The notes: a model not told the origin generated them from the letters alone. A DNA stretch of 64,000 nt from Takakia lepidozioides (GCA_030704615.1 CM060733.1:29078001-29142000); one strand, 5' to 3'; numbered from the stretch's first letter, positions 14,781-29,189 are shown. A program made the numbers and translations.

Positions 14781-15328
14781 GCTTAGTGACTCCTTGGTTC
14801 TGGGTGACTTTGCTAGTCAATGGATTTTCTGTGTGGCATGTTCTGGGTCAATCCTGTAGGGTGTAATCCCACATGGAAGAGCCTGTCCTTGAAGCTGGGA
14901 GCAAAGGTATCAATCTTCCCAACAGATTGTCTGCACCCCCTGATTCTTCATCTATCATAGCAGCAAAGCAGGAAACTGCATGTATTAAAGGTATGTCTAA
15001 TAATATCGATCCTCATTTGCTCATCAGAAGTGTAGGTGGTTTCAGTAGTTATCATGCTAAGATAACCACACAAGAGGTGTAAACATGGGCTTCAGACGGA
15101 TTTGCAGAGCAGCTTGTTTTCCAAATTGTCACACTGTAGAACACTAACTTGTCTGACTCCGTTGCCGGAACATGTCTCTATTTTGATAATGTACATGAAC
15201 TGCACATCCTGCAAACAATGACAATGTAAAGGTGCAATTGCACGAAGCTAGTTTTCAACCAGCTTCAAAAGGAATTGATGTTGCCGTACTCATCTCCAAA
15301 TTAATCCTTGGTAGAATGGCCTCAATGT

Positions 15329-15546
15329 TTTTGTTTTTTTAAGGGAAACCTGGGAGCGACAGCCCACAATTCAGGACCCTTGAGGAGGGGGAAAAATTAA
15401 CCCCCTTTCATTTATGGGCCATGAGACCTACGCCCAGACATACCGTCATGAACAATCCCACACACGGGGCAGGGCAGCAGGTTTGAACCCCGAACCACCA
15501 GGGCGACACACTGTGCACTTACCAGCTGAGCTACAAGCCGATGTGC
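15329..15546 (-). mobile_element. tRNA-derived SINE
   Basis: Minus strand has Pol III A box TAGCTCAGCTGG and B box GGTTCAAACC, an A-rich tail at ~15329-15340, and flanking direct repeat CTCAATGT (15321-15328 / 15546-15553). Confidence 0.75.
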
Positions 15547-15818
15547 TCAATGTGATGTGCTCAGTGTGATGTGCTCAATGTGATGTGCTCAGTGTATTGT
15601 TGTCGAAGCATACATCTTGTATGGTTCATTCCGTCTTTGCTTATTTAAATACCAAGACCAAAAACTGAATTGCATTCATACCTCTCATGGCAAACTCTAC
15701 ACTTAATGCTGCCTTAGTTTGTGTCAGGAATCATTGGCAACCATTAGTGACAAAGATTGTATCATCCACATATAAAGCTATGACCATAAATCGTTATCCT
15801 ATCATCATATATATATTT

Positions 15819-18658
15819 CCAAGACAAAGGGACAGAGGCCCTTTTAATCAAATAAAATAAAATAAATGTTCACAAGGAGTCAAAATTGTGGACAGTCAGG
15901 AGGAAAAAATAACCTCCAAGGGGACCATAAAGGTGAAACGCAAGGGGTACACCCTGAACACAAAGGGACGAGGGGGGAAAGGGGGGAGGGACCTACAAAA
16001 GTCCTTAATATAGCAGCTAATGCTGAAAACAAGAAAGCCATTAATCTAAAGGATTTGGATTCAGGCATGGAGAGGAGAGGGCCCGTATACAGCCAGTCTA
16101 GCTGCGAGCCTGATAACCACCAAGAGAACATCTGCAAAACAGAGCTGGATTGCAGAACCAAAATCCGAGACATGCCCGGGAAGGTTTTAGAGTCCAGAGT
16201 CACTAAGCAATAACCGATCCAGGCTAGGGGGGAGGATCAGAGTCCAAAGTTCAGGTGGGCTTTGGATTTTGCACTGCGCAGGTTGAGGTGTTTCCAATTG
16301 ACTTCAGCACCATCGGATTCAGCTGGCGATTTCCCAAGCCCCGGGGATCGTGTCATGCCATTGGACTCTCGAGTCATCAATCCTGGTGCAGAGGATGCCG
16401 TCTTTGGCCCAGGTGAGGTCGAAATCTGCAAGCAGCTGTTGACGCCTCCTGTCGCTGCACCTGGCTGTGGCACCAAGCAGTGACATCCAAGCCTTATTAC
16501 CTTCAGTCATCAAGTCAGAGAACAACTTGAACAGAATTAATCTGATGCTGGGCTGTCTCGTCTCAAAAACTAAAGTGCACCTAGCCTTCCATAGTGCCCA
16601 AAGAGTGTGTGCTTTGAGACATGCCCATATTGGGCATGTACTCCATAATGAGCCATTGCGCAGGTTGAGCAACAGAAGCGATGCATCCACAGATGGTAGC
16701 TGCTTCCAGTGAAGGTAGAAAGCAGTGACCAGTTGCCAAGTCCTCGCAGCAATGTGGCAATCCATAAAAGCATGTTCAATAGTCTCCTCCGAGTTTCTGG
16801 CACAAACTAGACAAGCTGGGTCCTGATCTTGAAAGCAAGCCGCCACGGGCAGAATTCTGTTTTCCAACGTCCATAAGAATGCACTAATTTTTGCTGGACG
16901 GTGTTTGGCCCAGATGTCTTTCCATATAGATTTCTAGGCAGGGACCTGTAAATCCAGATGCCATTTTTTATTCCACTTGGCTGTAAAATTTGCTTGGCTG
17001 AGAAGCATTTTGTGTCCCCTTTTGACCGTGTAACCAAGCAAGGGCGTTTTCTTGCCATCCATCCAAGACCATTCGCTTGGATCAAACTAAAGTCTGCTTA
17101 GAGGATAAGATAGGAACCAAACGAAGGATAACTGCCGAGCCCATCCTACTACGCCATCAGGTGGACTGTATTCAGTAGAGCCCGAGTTTAGATCAAAGAC
17201 CCTGATCCTATAGGCCAAGTCATGGTGCATGTCGCCTGATCCTAATAAGTCCAGGCGTCCCCCAGCCATTGCGCGGAAGATTAGACCTTTCCAATGGGAA
17301 TCAGAGGTGGATGTGGCCAAGATGGCCATATGATTGTTGTCATGCGAGCTACCGAACCAGGCAGGTAAGTCGTTCGCTGTACATGGGCCACCTACCAGCA
17401 GGGGTTGCACATACAAGACACCTCTTTGGATATGGGCCCAACTACATGCGATTGATCTAGCATAGATCAGGGAGGACAAGAGGCTCAGTCCCAGGAATTG
17501 TCCATCCTCCCATATATTGGCAACATGCGAGAGGCCTATCGCCTCCTAGGTAGCCCATTTTTTATGGAGAGTCGCCAATGGGCTGTAATGAAGGTTGAGG
17601 TTGCCAAATAGTGGCTGACGGATGAGTTAACTTAGGCTCCATCATCTTCCAAGCATCCCATATGGAGTTCCAAGTCGCAGACCCTATAGCTTTCACTTTC
17701 CCCATCCTATGCACTATCCATTTGAGGGATGGTGCCTAGTTAGGAGAGTTCGGCGGATAGGCCTGCAATAGGTGTTCTCTGACCACAGGCTTCCTTCACT
17801 GGTAAGCAACCTAGGTATCCATTTTGCCAGCAAGGCCGTGATCTGAATGGATGGGTCTAAAAGGCCCAAACCACCTTCTTTTCTAGGACGGCAAAGCTGT
17901 GCCTTGGATACCAGAGCCCTTTTGGTGGGGTTTTGGGGGGAGGCACCCCACAAAAAGTTCCTCATCAGCTCTATAATTAGCTTGGAACCCGGAGACCAAA
18001 CCGAGGCTGGATACCACACTGATGCGAGTAGTATTTGATTTAGAACTAGAACCCTACCTGCAGTAGACAACATAGCTGAGCTCCAAAAGGCCAGTTTGCT
18101 CATCAGTGAGCCCTATCCCAATTTGAAAGCCCAAAAGTGTGTGCGTTGAACTTGGCTGGAGCCATTTGAGTCCTACATCTTGTCCCCAAGGAGGGCCATA
18201 GGATGAAGCAGACAGCTCTGTGAGGAGGCCAACTGATTTAGTCCAGTTTATTTTGAGCCCAGAAGCGGAGCAGAAAAATTGCAGGGCTTGACGAGCCCTT
18301 TCAATGTTTGCTGGTGCCTCATTGTTCAAAAACAATGTGGCGTCATAAGCACACATTGAGTTCTTAATAGAGGATCCATCCTGCATTTTAAGGCCCAGAA
18401 TATCCTGCCTGGAATTGAGGTGGTGGCCTAGGGCATCTGCTGCCATGAGAAAGAGGTAGGGAGTCAGTGGGCAACCTTGCCTTACGGACCTGAAAAGCGC
18501 AAAGGGCTTTGAAATCACTCCGTTTACCGGGACTTTGCTAGAGGCTGAGGAAGATCCATCTGTTGAAAGCGCATTCCCATTATGACCAAAACTTGATTTA
18601 GAAAACTCCAATCAATGTTATCAAAGGCCTTTTCAAAGTCAAGCATGAGTATTGTGTG
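15819..18658 (-). mobile_element. 5'-truncated, degenerate L1-clade LINE (RT C-terminal half plus zf-RVT)
   Basis: RSVRQGCPLTPYLF, AYDATLFL, SGLKINWTKS, RPRKEGGLGL and CLVC...EETIEHAFMDC. 14-bp TSD TCATATATATATTT at 15805-15818 and 18659-18672. Confidence 0.9.
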
Positions 18659-20329
18659 TCATATATATATTTGTGTCCACAATGTTTTGTTCAAATTTTG
18701 CTTTAACCCTTAAGTTCCCAAGCCCTTTTTTGACTTTTTACCAATTTTGGGTACCCAGCTGCAGTAAATTGCCCCTAGAAATCCACCAAAAATCATCCAG
18801 AGATTCTAGCCTTAATAGCAGTGGGCCCAGCTCATTTATGCATGACATACCAAAAAATGAGCCGTCCACCATAGAAATTGTGAGATTATAACAGTGGCCC
18901 GGACCTCAAATATCAGGTCCCAAAGAAAAAGTGAGAAAGAAATTGGTTTGACCAAATCAAAACCTAGCTTTATCCAATTTTGCTTGCCCCAAGACCCACC
19001 ATTTCCAAATCAATAGTGGAGTGGCTATGACCCCACTAAATTGCAGGTCCAACTGATTTTTTCACCTATGGTTGCTTTGCATACAATTACATAGGGGTTG
19101 AAATCTCAAAACTGACGAGAAAATGTGCCTCCAAATGAAGTACTTAAACAATATACCTAGTAGGAAAGTCGCAACACTATTTGATGTGTGTACTTTCAAC
19201 TGAGAACAAGATGCGAGCCCTTGTTGATGTTGCTCAAGGATCAAGTCCATCTCGTAGTAGTTGTGGGTTGATGGTGGGTAGGTATGCGCATCCCTGCCAA
19301 CACATGTACAGTGATGCAGCAGACTGTCTTCCGACCAGTGCAAGAGATGCCACCATCTGACAGCGTGGTGGGAAGATCTGTTCACGTGCGCCCGAGAAAG
19401 GATTCAAGATGAGTGTGGTTGACGTAGCTCTCTAATTTGTATACACCTTGGGGGACTGCCAGCTGACTCTCACTTGATTGTCTGGACAATATTGAGAAAT
19501 GGACTGAATGTATGCTTGCATTTTTACTCATGCTGGATGGCTGTATCCTATGTTTACTGGCTGTTTTTCACAAATTCAAAGTTGACCATTGGGACTTATC
19601 AGATCCCAGGAAGTACTTGTAGCCAATGACAAAAGACCTGTGTTTGGGGCTTGGGTTTCGGGGGAAAACCATACTGAGATTGGAGAATTCAGCTGAGGAC
19701 ACCCCAAAATTACCCTTGTGATGAATCAACCCATTTAGAAGCTGATAGTGATGCTGCTTTAAGTGAGATGCCAAAAGATTATGTTGCCAGTCCAGGCACC
19801 ATTGAACAGGAGAAAGCAGTGAAAGAGGACCCGCTATCACTTGAGAGTTGGCAATGATAATTTCGTTGTGAACCTAGAAAAGGAGGAAGCCACCCCTATA
19901 GCTCTGAATGCAAAAATGACACCGATGCCAAGCACTGGACAGGAGCTTCTTAGCTTCCTAATAGGTCCTTAGAACCTGCATTGTGTCTGGCAGTGCAATT
20001 ACAACCAGATGTATCACATCCTCGCTAGCCAGAGGAAAACATTCTGTACTTTCCTCTTTATAGTTGATGGCGTGCAACTACAGCCCCATGCATCATATTG
20101 TGTTGAATACAGGGCTACCGTCCTAGTGCTGCAATCAAATATATGATGCCAGTGCCAGCCCTCAAGTCACTGATCAACACCCAGGTGGCATCAACAATCC
20201 CCGAGTTCAAAAAGGGTTAACATCCCAAAAGACTACCTTAGGCCACAGCCAGTGTTCAGAGCTGACCCTCACAGTGAGTATTGATAAATAAATCTATTAT
20301 TTTGAGTGAGAAGGACCTAAAAGGAGTGC

Positions 20330-21860
20330 CTAGAGTGTTTGTCACAATGTCAGACGAGTGTGCCTTGGGATTATACAGACCTTCTGCAAAATACACGAGC
20401 GGAATTTCAACAGAAAACCCAGCTGGTGTAGAAATATTCTGGTTGCTTGTTTGGCCGGCGTGCACTTGAGCGAGGATTCGCTTTTAACGGCATCATCCAT
20501 TGTCCCTCTGGAACCATGGTAAAATTACTTCCTCCCTCCAGTTTATTGTCATGTGGTCCTCAAGTGCAATCACACTAAAGCTCAGATAATCCAACCTGGA
20601 CTGCTGCTTCTGCTGTGGAAGCAGGAGTGAATCAACTGAAAGATCGCTGCTTAAGATGCTGTAATCATCATGTCCATGGAGAGCAGGGTAACGAAACACA
20701 CTGGCCCGGATTCTGGACCGGGCGAGGTTAGGTTCATACCTTTCCATCACTGCACCTGCCTCCCTGACGTTGTCATACTTGTACTGAAGCTGTTTTTGGA
20801 CACTGGCTGGAACATCCTGGTTGTGGAGAGACATGTGGAAGAGAGAGGGTTGAATGAACTAGAGGCCAGATGCTGGAAATGGTGCCTTCCACAATGCTGC
20901 GCTGCTTGAGAGAGAAAGCCGCTCAAATGTGGAGGCAGATTTTGATATCACAATCACCACTCATATCGCTGTTCTTTGCACCAGCATGGCATGCCACCAT
21001 GCATATCTCCCCAGACTCATTTCTCCGGGAGCCTTCCACTGCAAGAGTGTGCCCGTTCAAGCCAGACCTTTGAAATGCAAGGTTGGGACTCACTCCACAC
21101 GGAAAACAGCACTAACATTCGTGTTGGACTTTGCACCCAATCCATCAGCGAGGGCATCACATCTAAGGTACTGAATGAGAAGGCGTCCGCGGGGGAGATT
21201 CTCCCCATGGGAAGCCAAAAGGGGCCAGCTTGAAACAAAATTCTTCGGACTGGGTGCATTGCCAAAAAGGCTCAACATCCAGCCACTGTCCAGCAATGAG
21301 TTGCAATGCAGCTTCGCAAAACTTAGGCCCTCGGTAGGTTTCTGTCTTTCAAGAACTCTGGGGACAAGTCTCGTTGCAAATTCCAGCTGTGAGAGCTCGT
21401 GCGGTGTACTCATAATCTGCAAATGTCTCCATCTGCGATGACACATTGATAGGATTGAAATAGTGGTTGTCACCAGGAGCTGCAATGCTGGTGACTTGGC
21501 CATGAGAGATTGCCGGCGAGGATACTGCAGTTGCACCATAACGTTGCAATCCTTAGTCAATTTCTTGACCACTTTCGGGGTACAGCCAAGCATACAGAGT
21601 GTGTACTCCTTCTCTGTTTCTATAGAGACGCCCTCCAATTCGATGCTCATTTGCGAGAAACCAGGGGTCATCTCAAAGCGGGGGTGAATGCCCCCTCCAT
21701 AGAAGATGCTTCTCTGGGATGTAATTGGCATGAAGTACACCTGAGACATTAAAACTGTTCTTCGAACCTCTAGTATTGGGCATGTTGTGCATTGATACCC
21801 AAACCCGACAGCACAAAGCTGGGAGAAGTTTCTGCCACAAGATTACTCTTTGCAGCAACA
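20330..21860 (-). pseudogene. DUF2921-family plant gene, frameshifted
   Basis: Fragments FNVSGVL, FEMTPGFSQMSIELEGV, LCMLGC, DCNVMVQLQYP, YFNPI...DYEYT and EGLYNPK resemble DUF2921 proteins (recalled, not searched). They fall in several frames. Confidence 0.65.
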
Positions 21861-24452
21861 GTAGACTAGCTATCAGAAGTTGCTCTCAAACTAATGCAAT
21901 CCTAATCAGCAGGTAAGCCAGGGAAAGTTAGAGCCGTTGTTGTCTGAGTTGCTATGAGGTGTAAAAACCCACACTCAGGTGAGAGAGTGGACATGAGACT
22001 TCTACAGAGGCTATACTTGTAAGGTCCTTGGTGAAGATCAGCATGTTTGTGCTTTTACTGCAGTTTCTAACACCAGAGAGCCAGAGCCATGGATTGGAGG
22101 CAGGCTGGTTAACAGTTTAATAAGGTAAGCAAGTCACAGATTGCAACAGTGCTAGTGCCAGATAAGCATCTCAAATAACTTACCAATGTGATGCAAATCT
22201 GCAATAGCAGGTGTCGAAGGTAGCACTCCACTTCCAGGCCTGGCATACGTCTGCTTGTTTTTTCTTGTCAGTGCCTCTATCTACTCGGAAGAAGCTGGTG
22301 TCCATGTCAGGACAAGAATTGGCAAGACAAGTCCCCAAACCTCTTTCTGAAGCACCTGCGGGAACAGCAACTGTACCCACATTTTGACAAAATAGTTCAG
22401 ATTGATATACTTTGGTGAAAGAAGAGTTTAGGCTGACATTCATTTGAGGATATAAGGTCCTGATTGTAGATGAAAACTAACAAATATTCTGGTCATAGTT
22501 GGGTGGTCCTGAAAACTGCTTTTCTTGACTTCCTTCACATCCTCAGTGACATCATTATAATTTACATAAGTATTTCTCACACATGAAGTTAGAAAATGAC
22601 TAAAGATTATGCATTCATAATGTCTCATTGCCTCTCCAGCTCAACATCCTAAATTGAGTAATCTTTGTCCTCGTGGCCATGTTCTTGGTACCAATAAGTA
22701 TCTTGAGCATTTTCTCCAACCAAATGGTTTCACGCATCATGTCCTTACCTAACGGAACAATACCCAGACAATTCATGGTTTCCTTGAAGTGGTTTCGAGA
22801 TTACCAGGGTTCAGAGCACTTGACTCCACTTTGGCCACAGGTTCTGAACTAGTTTCCATGGCCAATTTTGCTTGAAGTTGACCTTACATCTCAGGAGCCA
22901 GTCTCGAGGGTAGGTATGGTTCTTCCAAAATGTTCGATGTGTTGGATATATAGCTTCTAACCACCAATGCAAGTTCCTCTGAAGCCCCCATAGAACCAAC
23001 AGGACTAGTTGGTTCTGTGTCGAAGCCAACTGACTGTGGTGCGACAGGCATGCTAACTATAACAGGGTCAGAATTACATGAGGAGTACATTGATAAATCA
23101 ACATAGATAGAGATTTCTTTTCCTGCATTTATGCAAGCTAAAGGCCCAGATTTTGGTGGGAGAGGAAGGCCGCTGGTTGAATTCTCTGGCCCATTGGCCA
23201 ACAAAGGGACTGGACCGAACTCCAGAGGTAAATTTTCCATACCATTTGATGAGCACATATCTCTTTGGCTAGCAATTCCTGCACTGCCTGGTGGCTGGAT
23301 GAAGTTCTTTGTCTTGTCTGCCCCTTTGCAGGCATAGGTGGGATTATGGCTGCATCACCAAACCCATGTCTCCTGGGCGTGCTCTCTAGACTGGGGATTG
23401 GCCCCTGAACCAAACCAGAAACAGATTCAACCACATCCTCCCCCACCAGCAGTTCCTCTTGGTCAGATTTGAACCCATATTCTTCACTTCCAAGAATCTT
23501 CCAACCACACAGAGCTTGGCCTGCATCATAGTAATTCAATTTTAAGTGGAGATGACATCTTGGACACTACATTCCCTCTTGGAGAGGTGCAGCATCCCAG
23601 ATGTGAGTTCACAAATGGAACACCTCTTGAAGAGACACCACAATACGAGGACACACGAGTGGGTCAGGAACCAGAGAAAACTGCCTGAGTGCGCCAATCC
23701 AGAAACAAGTGATCTGTCAAATTGCCTCTTAGGATAATGCAAACTCGTTGAGAGTGATGGAGAACTTGGCCTTCTTGAGGAGAATCATCTTCCTGGACAG
23801 ATTCAGCTCTCTACTACACCATGACCTACCAGGAAGCACATTGATGGACGTCCCAGATTTTAGCCCATGCAGGCTCACCAACTTGCTGGCTCAGACTACC
23901 TAGCCCTTTTCTCTTCAGATAGGGAATTTCACCACACTTTTGGCCACTATTTGATCTGCCTCCATGGTGAAAGAAGGATTCCGAAACAAGGTCAACAAGG
24001 GATAGAGAGACATACAGATGTACCTCACCTTAGTATATAGCAGAGAATCCTGATGGAGCAGGGCAGGAACAGTCTGATCTATGGGCGCAATAGAACTGAC
24101 CTGTACAATCTCCTCGTAGATGCTTCGCTGAAGTCTCTTCTTCTTCACAACTTGAATGTGGACGGAGTGAGGGCCCTTGCACTTTGTGTATCCACTTCTC
24201 CAGTGCTCCGAGAAGTGTAGGGCTGGCAGGCCTTCGCTTATATAATTTTTTGGAGCGCCAAAAAATATTATTTGAATGAGTCTTTCTGTCTGTCGTGAGA
24301 GGTGTACAAGGAGCATATGTCCACTCCTGATGACAGTCCTGCTGTAGGTCGTTTACATCTGCCTCCTTGCAAAAAAACTCCCCGTTTACATATCCACCTC
24401 TTATATTGTGCCTCTTGTTCTCCCGCATTCTTATTCAACTGCACATTTGTAA

Positions 24453-26033
24453 GCGAGAAGGAAGTGAAAAGTACGATGAGCGACGTCGCCGCCACACCTC
24501 GGCAAGGCATGCAGCGCCGCCGTGGAGGTGTCGGCAGTAGCGACAGCAGTAGCAGCGCTAAGCGAGCAAGAGGACGCTATGCAACAGTGGGCCCCACGCC
24601 GGTCAGGCGACCTCGATCGCCTCGTCCCCTACCTCGTTCAGCCCAGACGACCGTACAGGCAGCCAGCACCACCCCTCACCACAACCCCTTTTACTGCCTA
24701 CTCCACCGTCCCTCTCCAGTTCACTTCCCAGAGCAACCGAGAGGTGTTGAACACAGCTGCAACTGCTCTTGCTGGAAGACCTGCTCCTCTTGGAAGACCC
24801 CAACCCCTACCCCTACCCCTAGGTCACATGTTCATGATGCGCACCAGAGTCCAAGCTCCAGACACCAAGTTCAAGAAGAGTCGTCATCTTCACAACGGTC
24901 TTCTTCACCACTGATTCCAGGTTCTTCCATTGGCGCCCCACCGACCGAAGAACTTCCACAGTGTCTGTTGAGCCCTCCCCCACTACGCCTCTCAGGTAGG
25001 GTTCGAGGTCCCACGCCAGTCACTTCTCCTCCAGGTTCTCCATCCCATTCTCGGCAGCGGCTTCAAGACAGCCCAACTCCTCTTGGTCATGAGCCTCTCC
25101 ACATGCCTTCTTCTCCAGTTGTGTAGCCTGCATTGCCGACCCCATCACTCTTATCCCAAAAGCAGGCGCCTATCCCATCAGACCGTATCCCATGCCCAGC
25201 TTGCGGTCGTCTTTTTGCGCGCATCATAGGGCTTGCGCGACACCAGCGCACGTGTGCGGCTCTTCATCAGTTCCACACAAATGGTACTTCTCCATTTCAG
25301 CCCAGTGTTTTGCACGCGCCACCTCCTACCTCTACATGGCATTGGCTTTCAGCTCTAGATGTATTGGGCGCATTTCAATTAGGACTGCCAATGCCTCGTC
25401 TTTATACAAGAATTCTGGTGGCACTGCGTCATGAGGTCCAACTGGCATTCCGTCTGCCCTTAGACAGGCTGGCTCGTGATATACCAGCATGGTATCTTTT
25501 CTTGTTATTTCCTCAGTGGTGTTTGGTTTTGCCCCCTCATGGCGGTCAGTTAGGGCACAGAGAGACGCGCATCCGTCTTCGCCGTTTTTTATCTGGAGAT
25601 TGGGAGAGTCTGCAAGATGAGCATCAATTACGGACACTAGCCCTTGCGGCACGCGCCTCTCTCGCTTCCTCCACGCAGCCACCCTCATCGGCCCACATGC
25701 GACTTCGTCATAGTCTCATGTTAGGCCGCGTTGGCGAGTACTCACGCGCGGCCAAGGCTTTAGCACCTTCCACACCAGCGCCTCCATCAGCGGATACTGT
25801 CATTGCCCTTGAAGCCCTTCACCCATCAGCTCAGGATATTCTGCCGCTTTTTGTCGAGGACTTCGAGCTAGACCAGGATCTCAAGCTAGTGAGCGCTCCA
25901 TCATTCAGTCCGAGGTTGGGACCTACCAAGGCGACCCTTTATGATGACCTTTGTTTGCCATGGCTCACGTCCGCGCCCTCACGACTTTTGCACAAGTACA
26001 CTCATCTTGTTTTTTTCCGTCGGTGACAGACGA
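24453..26033 (+). mobile_element. 5' half of a CRE-like non-LTR retrotransposon (RLE type)
   Basis: C2H2 finger CPACGRLF...LARHQRTC, then RLRRFLSGDWESL, GEYSRAAKAL and LEALHP. After an internal deletion near 25887 comes RT motif SEVGTYQGDPL**PLFAMAHVRAL...FPSVTD. Possible TSD TTGTAA at 24447-24452 / 57821-57826. Confidence 0.8.
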
Positions 26034-28334
26034 AACTATCGTGCGCATACATATCGCTACACAACTACATCGATGTCCAAAACCACACAACACATGTGCA
26101 CGCCACACACTAGTATATCACTAGTCCAGCCACTAGTCCAGCCACTAGGCTACAACTAGTCAGTCACTAGGCTGCCACTATGCTGCCCACTATGGCAGTC
26201 ACTAGTCCACACAATCGCCCCCCTTTAGTTGGTGCTTAGGTCCCTCTAAGTCCAGGTAGCCACAAGATGTGATAGTGACCATAGCCTCACTAAGTCCTCC
26301 ACCACTATCCCTACTACACTCAAACTTGATAGATCAAGAGGTCGGGTGCAAGAGTTGTCCTATCGTTAGTCGCCGTCTTGCAACCTGTGAACTTGAGCTT
26401 GGGATCTCATGTATTGACTCCTATGAGCTTGGCCTCCCATGTCTTGTTAGCTGCCTCTAGTCATGTCCACTGCCACTATCTCAAGCAGTGTGGACACAAC
26501 CAATCTCCGTCAGGAACCTTCTCAAGAGGTGGTGTCAAGCATCTTATATGCCAACCCCTTGAGCATCAATCACACACCAGCAAGGTGGCTGCCCATTTGG
26601 CAGACCCACAGAGAATGCACCTCAAACTTGCAGGTACCACCACAAAGTTTGGGTCAACTCTGCCATCGACATTGGGAATGTGACATGGCGCACAATTACG
26701 CACATGGTCCTTCCAAGTCATGCCATCCCGACCCTCCAAGATCAGGACCCCTGAGGGCAACACCTCTCGAACCCTCAGAAGGACGATATCCTCCACCACG
26801 TATAGTGGCATACCTCAACGTATCACGGTGCTGTGCAATGGCAAGGTTCTCAAAAGCCATGGGCATGATTTTCTTGAACAACTCTGTACACTGATCACAT
26901 GCACGTACCCACACGTCCGGATCGTCAAGGTTAAGGACTTGAGCAATGTCCCTATGAATGGCTGCAGGCAAATCTGGCTCTCGGCCAAAGAGAAGGAAAT
27001 ATGGTGAGAAGGAGGCAAGTGATGCTTGTTTGCTGAACTTGTAGCCCATGGCTAACCAAGGAACCTGAAGATCCCAATATCCTAGGTGTCCCTTCTGCAA
27101 GCCATACTTGCGCAAACCCCTCTTTACCGTCTGAACAACTCTCTCTGCCAAACCATCGGCCTCAAGATGATCCCGAAAAGTGGTGCGGTGGTCTATCAAG
27201 GCTTTATCACACAAAGCCTGAAACTCCCCCAAGAACTTTCTCCCTGGGTCCGTGAATACCTCAGCTAGAGCACCAAATCGGCTAAGCACACGATCCAAGA
27301 ATGCATACGCAGCCCCCTCACTAGCATTGTCAGGCAATGGAACCAACTCAATCCACTTGGAGAAGTGCTCCACCATCACCAACACATATCTGTGGTGGCG
27401 CATAGTCAGTGGCAACGGTCTTGCGAAGTCAAGACTCCACCTGTAGCCCAATCCCATGATTGGTAAATGATGCAACTGTGGTGTAGGGGCGTTGAATGAA
27501 GCACGCACCCTGTCACACACCATGCACCTAGCCACGAACTGTTGCACCTCTGTATGCATACCACGTCATCAATACTGCCCCTGTGAGTGCGTCGCACTCC
27601 AAAATGCCCCAACTCCTCATGGGCATGCCGCACTAACCGTGCACGCTGTGTGGGGTGAGGCACAATCCTCATCCGACCACCCTCCCACACTCGAAGTAGG
27701 TGTATCCCCTCCCACTTGAACCTCTTGGCTCGTTGCAAGATCCGATCCCTCTCCCTGACAGTCACAGTGGCTGTCGTGTCTCCCATGCGGAGGTAGTCCA
27801 ACACAACCGAATCCTCATGTATATCTCTGGCACCACCTGGCTCATCACTAGCCTCAGGGTCCATAGACACTCCGTCTACAGTCATCTCTGTTGTAGGTCC
27901 AACCTGACCTCCCGATGCCAAGATACACAAAAATGCAGATGTGTGCCATCCTGGCACCATCTCCTCGTCTGTCTCACCATGCCACCGAGCTCCAGTGTCA
28001 TCTTGCTGGCTCGTGCATGGAATGCGACTCAATCCATCCGCATCCCGATTGACCAAACCCGGTCGATGCACAACCTGGAAGTCATACTCCTGGAGTATAA
28101 GTGCCCACCGTGCAAGCTTCCCCGTAAGCTTGTCTGACTCCATCAACCACTTGAGTGGCTGGTGATCCATGACAAAGGTGAAAAGATTGTCGTATAGATA
28201 GCACCTGAAGTGTGCCACGGCCCACACTGCAGCTAAACACTCTCCCTCATATGAGCTGTACTTAGCCTCTGCAGCGTTGTTCGAGCGGCTAGCATAAGAC
28301 ACTACGAACTCTCTTCCCTCATCATCCACCTGTG
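26034..28334 (-). mobile_element. 3' part of a Ty3/gypsy element: RNase H, integrase, PHD finger, PPT and partial 3' LTR
   Basis: VVSYASRS...YSSYEGECLAAVWAV...DHQPLKWL (RNase H); HEELGHFG/CMVC; WSLDF...FTDPG...DGLAERVVQT (integrase). PPT AACTAAAGGGGGGCG at 26230-26216, then TG at 26213. Confidence 0.9.
26476..26622 (-). pseudogene. PHD finger at the integrase C-terminus
   Basis: CILC-GSAKWAATLLVCD*C-SRGWHIRC-LTPPLEKVPDGDWLCPHC matches the C4HC3 PHD pattern, with one in-frame TGA. Confidence 0.85.
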
Positions 28335-29189
28335 CACTATAAGCATTCGTGTCTTTTCCAAATCGACTGCATGTCCAAAACCACTGAGGGAACAACTTTG
28401 AGATGTTTGTTACTACTGCACAGTCGTAACAGATAAATTCGCATTTCTAATGGCGGATAGAAGTTGCATCAATAACTCCGCAGTCGGCGCAATATTCGCG
28501 GCGATTTAATTCAATTACGTAAATTGTTTTTTTTTTAAAATAGCAATTACAAGTGGTTTTAAGCACTAGAGAACGACTCTTAACAACTAGGCATTCATTG
28601 CACACCCTATTCAAAAATGGAATTTTTATAAGTGCTCCACATGGATCATGACGTGGAATATTTTAATGTACTTTAGGGCTTGTGTGGCTCGTAGAGATTG
28701 TTCTAATCGTCGGATGTAAAATGATCTAAGGGTGGAAGAGTAACTTTGTCCTTTGCCTGAATTTGTCCAAGTGTTGGGAGAGGGATGAAGGCTTGAGAGA
28801 GAGACGAGCAAGTGATGTGAGAAGGACGAAGACCAAATCGAGGCCCATGTCCTGTTGTTGCAAGCGTTTATGGCGTCAAGGGCGCATTATGTGCAAATGT
28901 GGGCTCTTGGCTCCCCTTTGTACCATGATTTGGTATTCTTCCTGATGATCACAAGGTTCTTGGGGGAATCAGCTTGGTCTTAGCAGCCTATATTTTAATT
29001 TTTGCCCGCTCAGCTGCACCGTGGTGGTTCTTACGAATCAATCCCACATTACCTGACTACAGATACAAGCAACACGCACAAGAGGTCTTCTTGGGTTCAT
29101 GGTCAGTCTAATCCGCAATGGGTCATGACACAAGGTAGAGGACAATGTGGTGAGGGCACCTTCTTCTTTGAGCTATTTCAGTCTGTTTT

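Noticed and set aside
15470-15546. tRNA gene
   Set aside because: Has A and B boxes but no convincing cloverleaf, and it has a tail and TSD, so it is a SINE.
22800-24430. Several 120-130 aa minus-strand ORFs
   Set aside because: No recognisable domain and broken frames; left unannotated.
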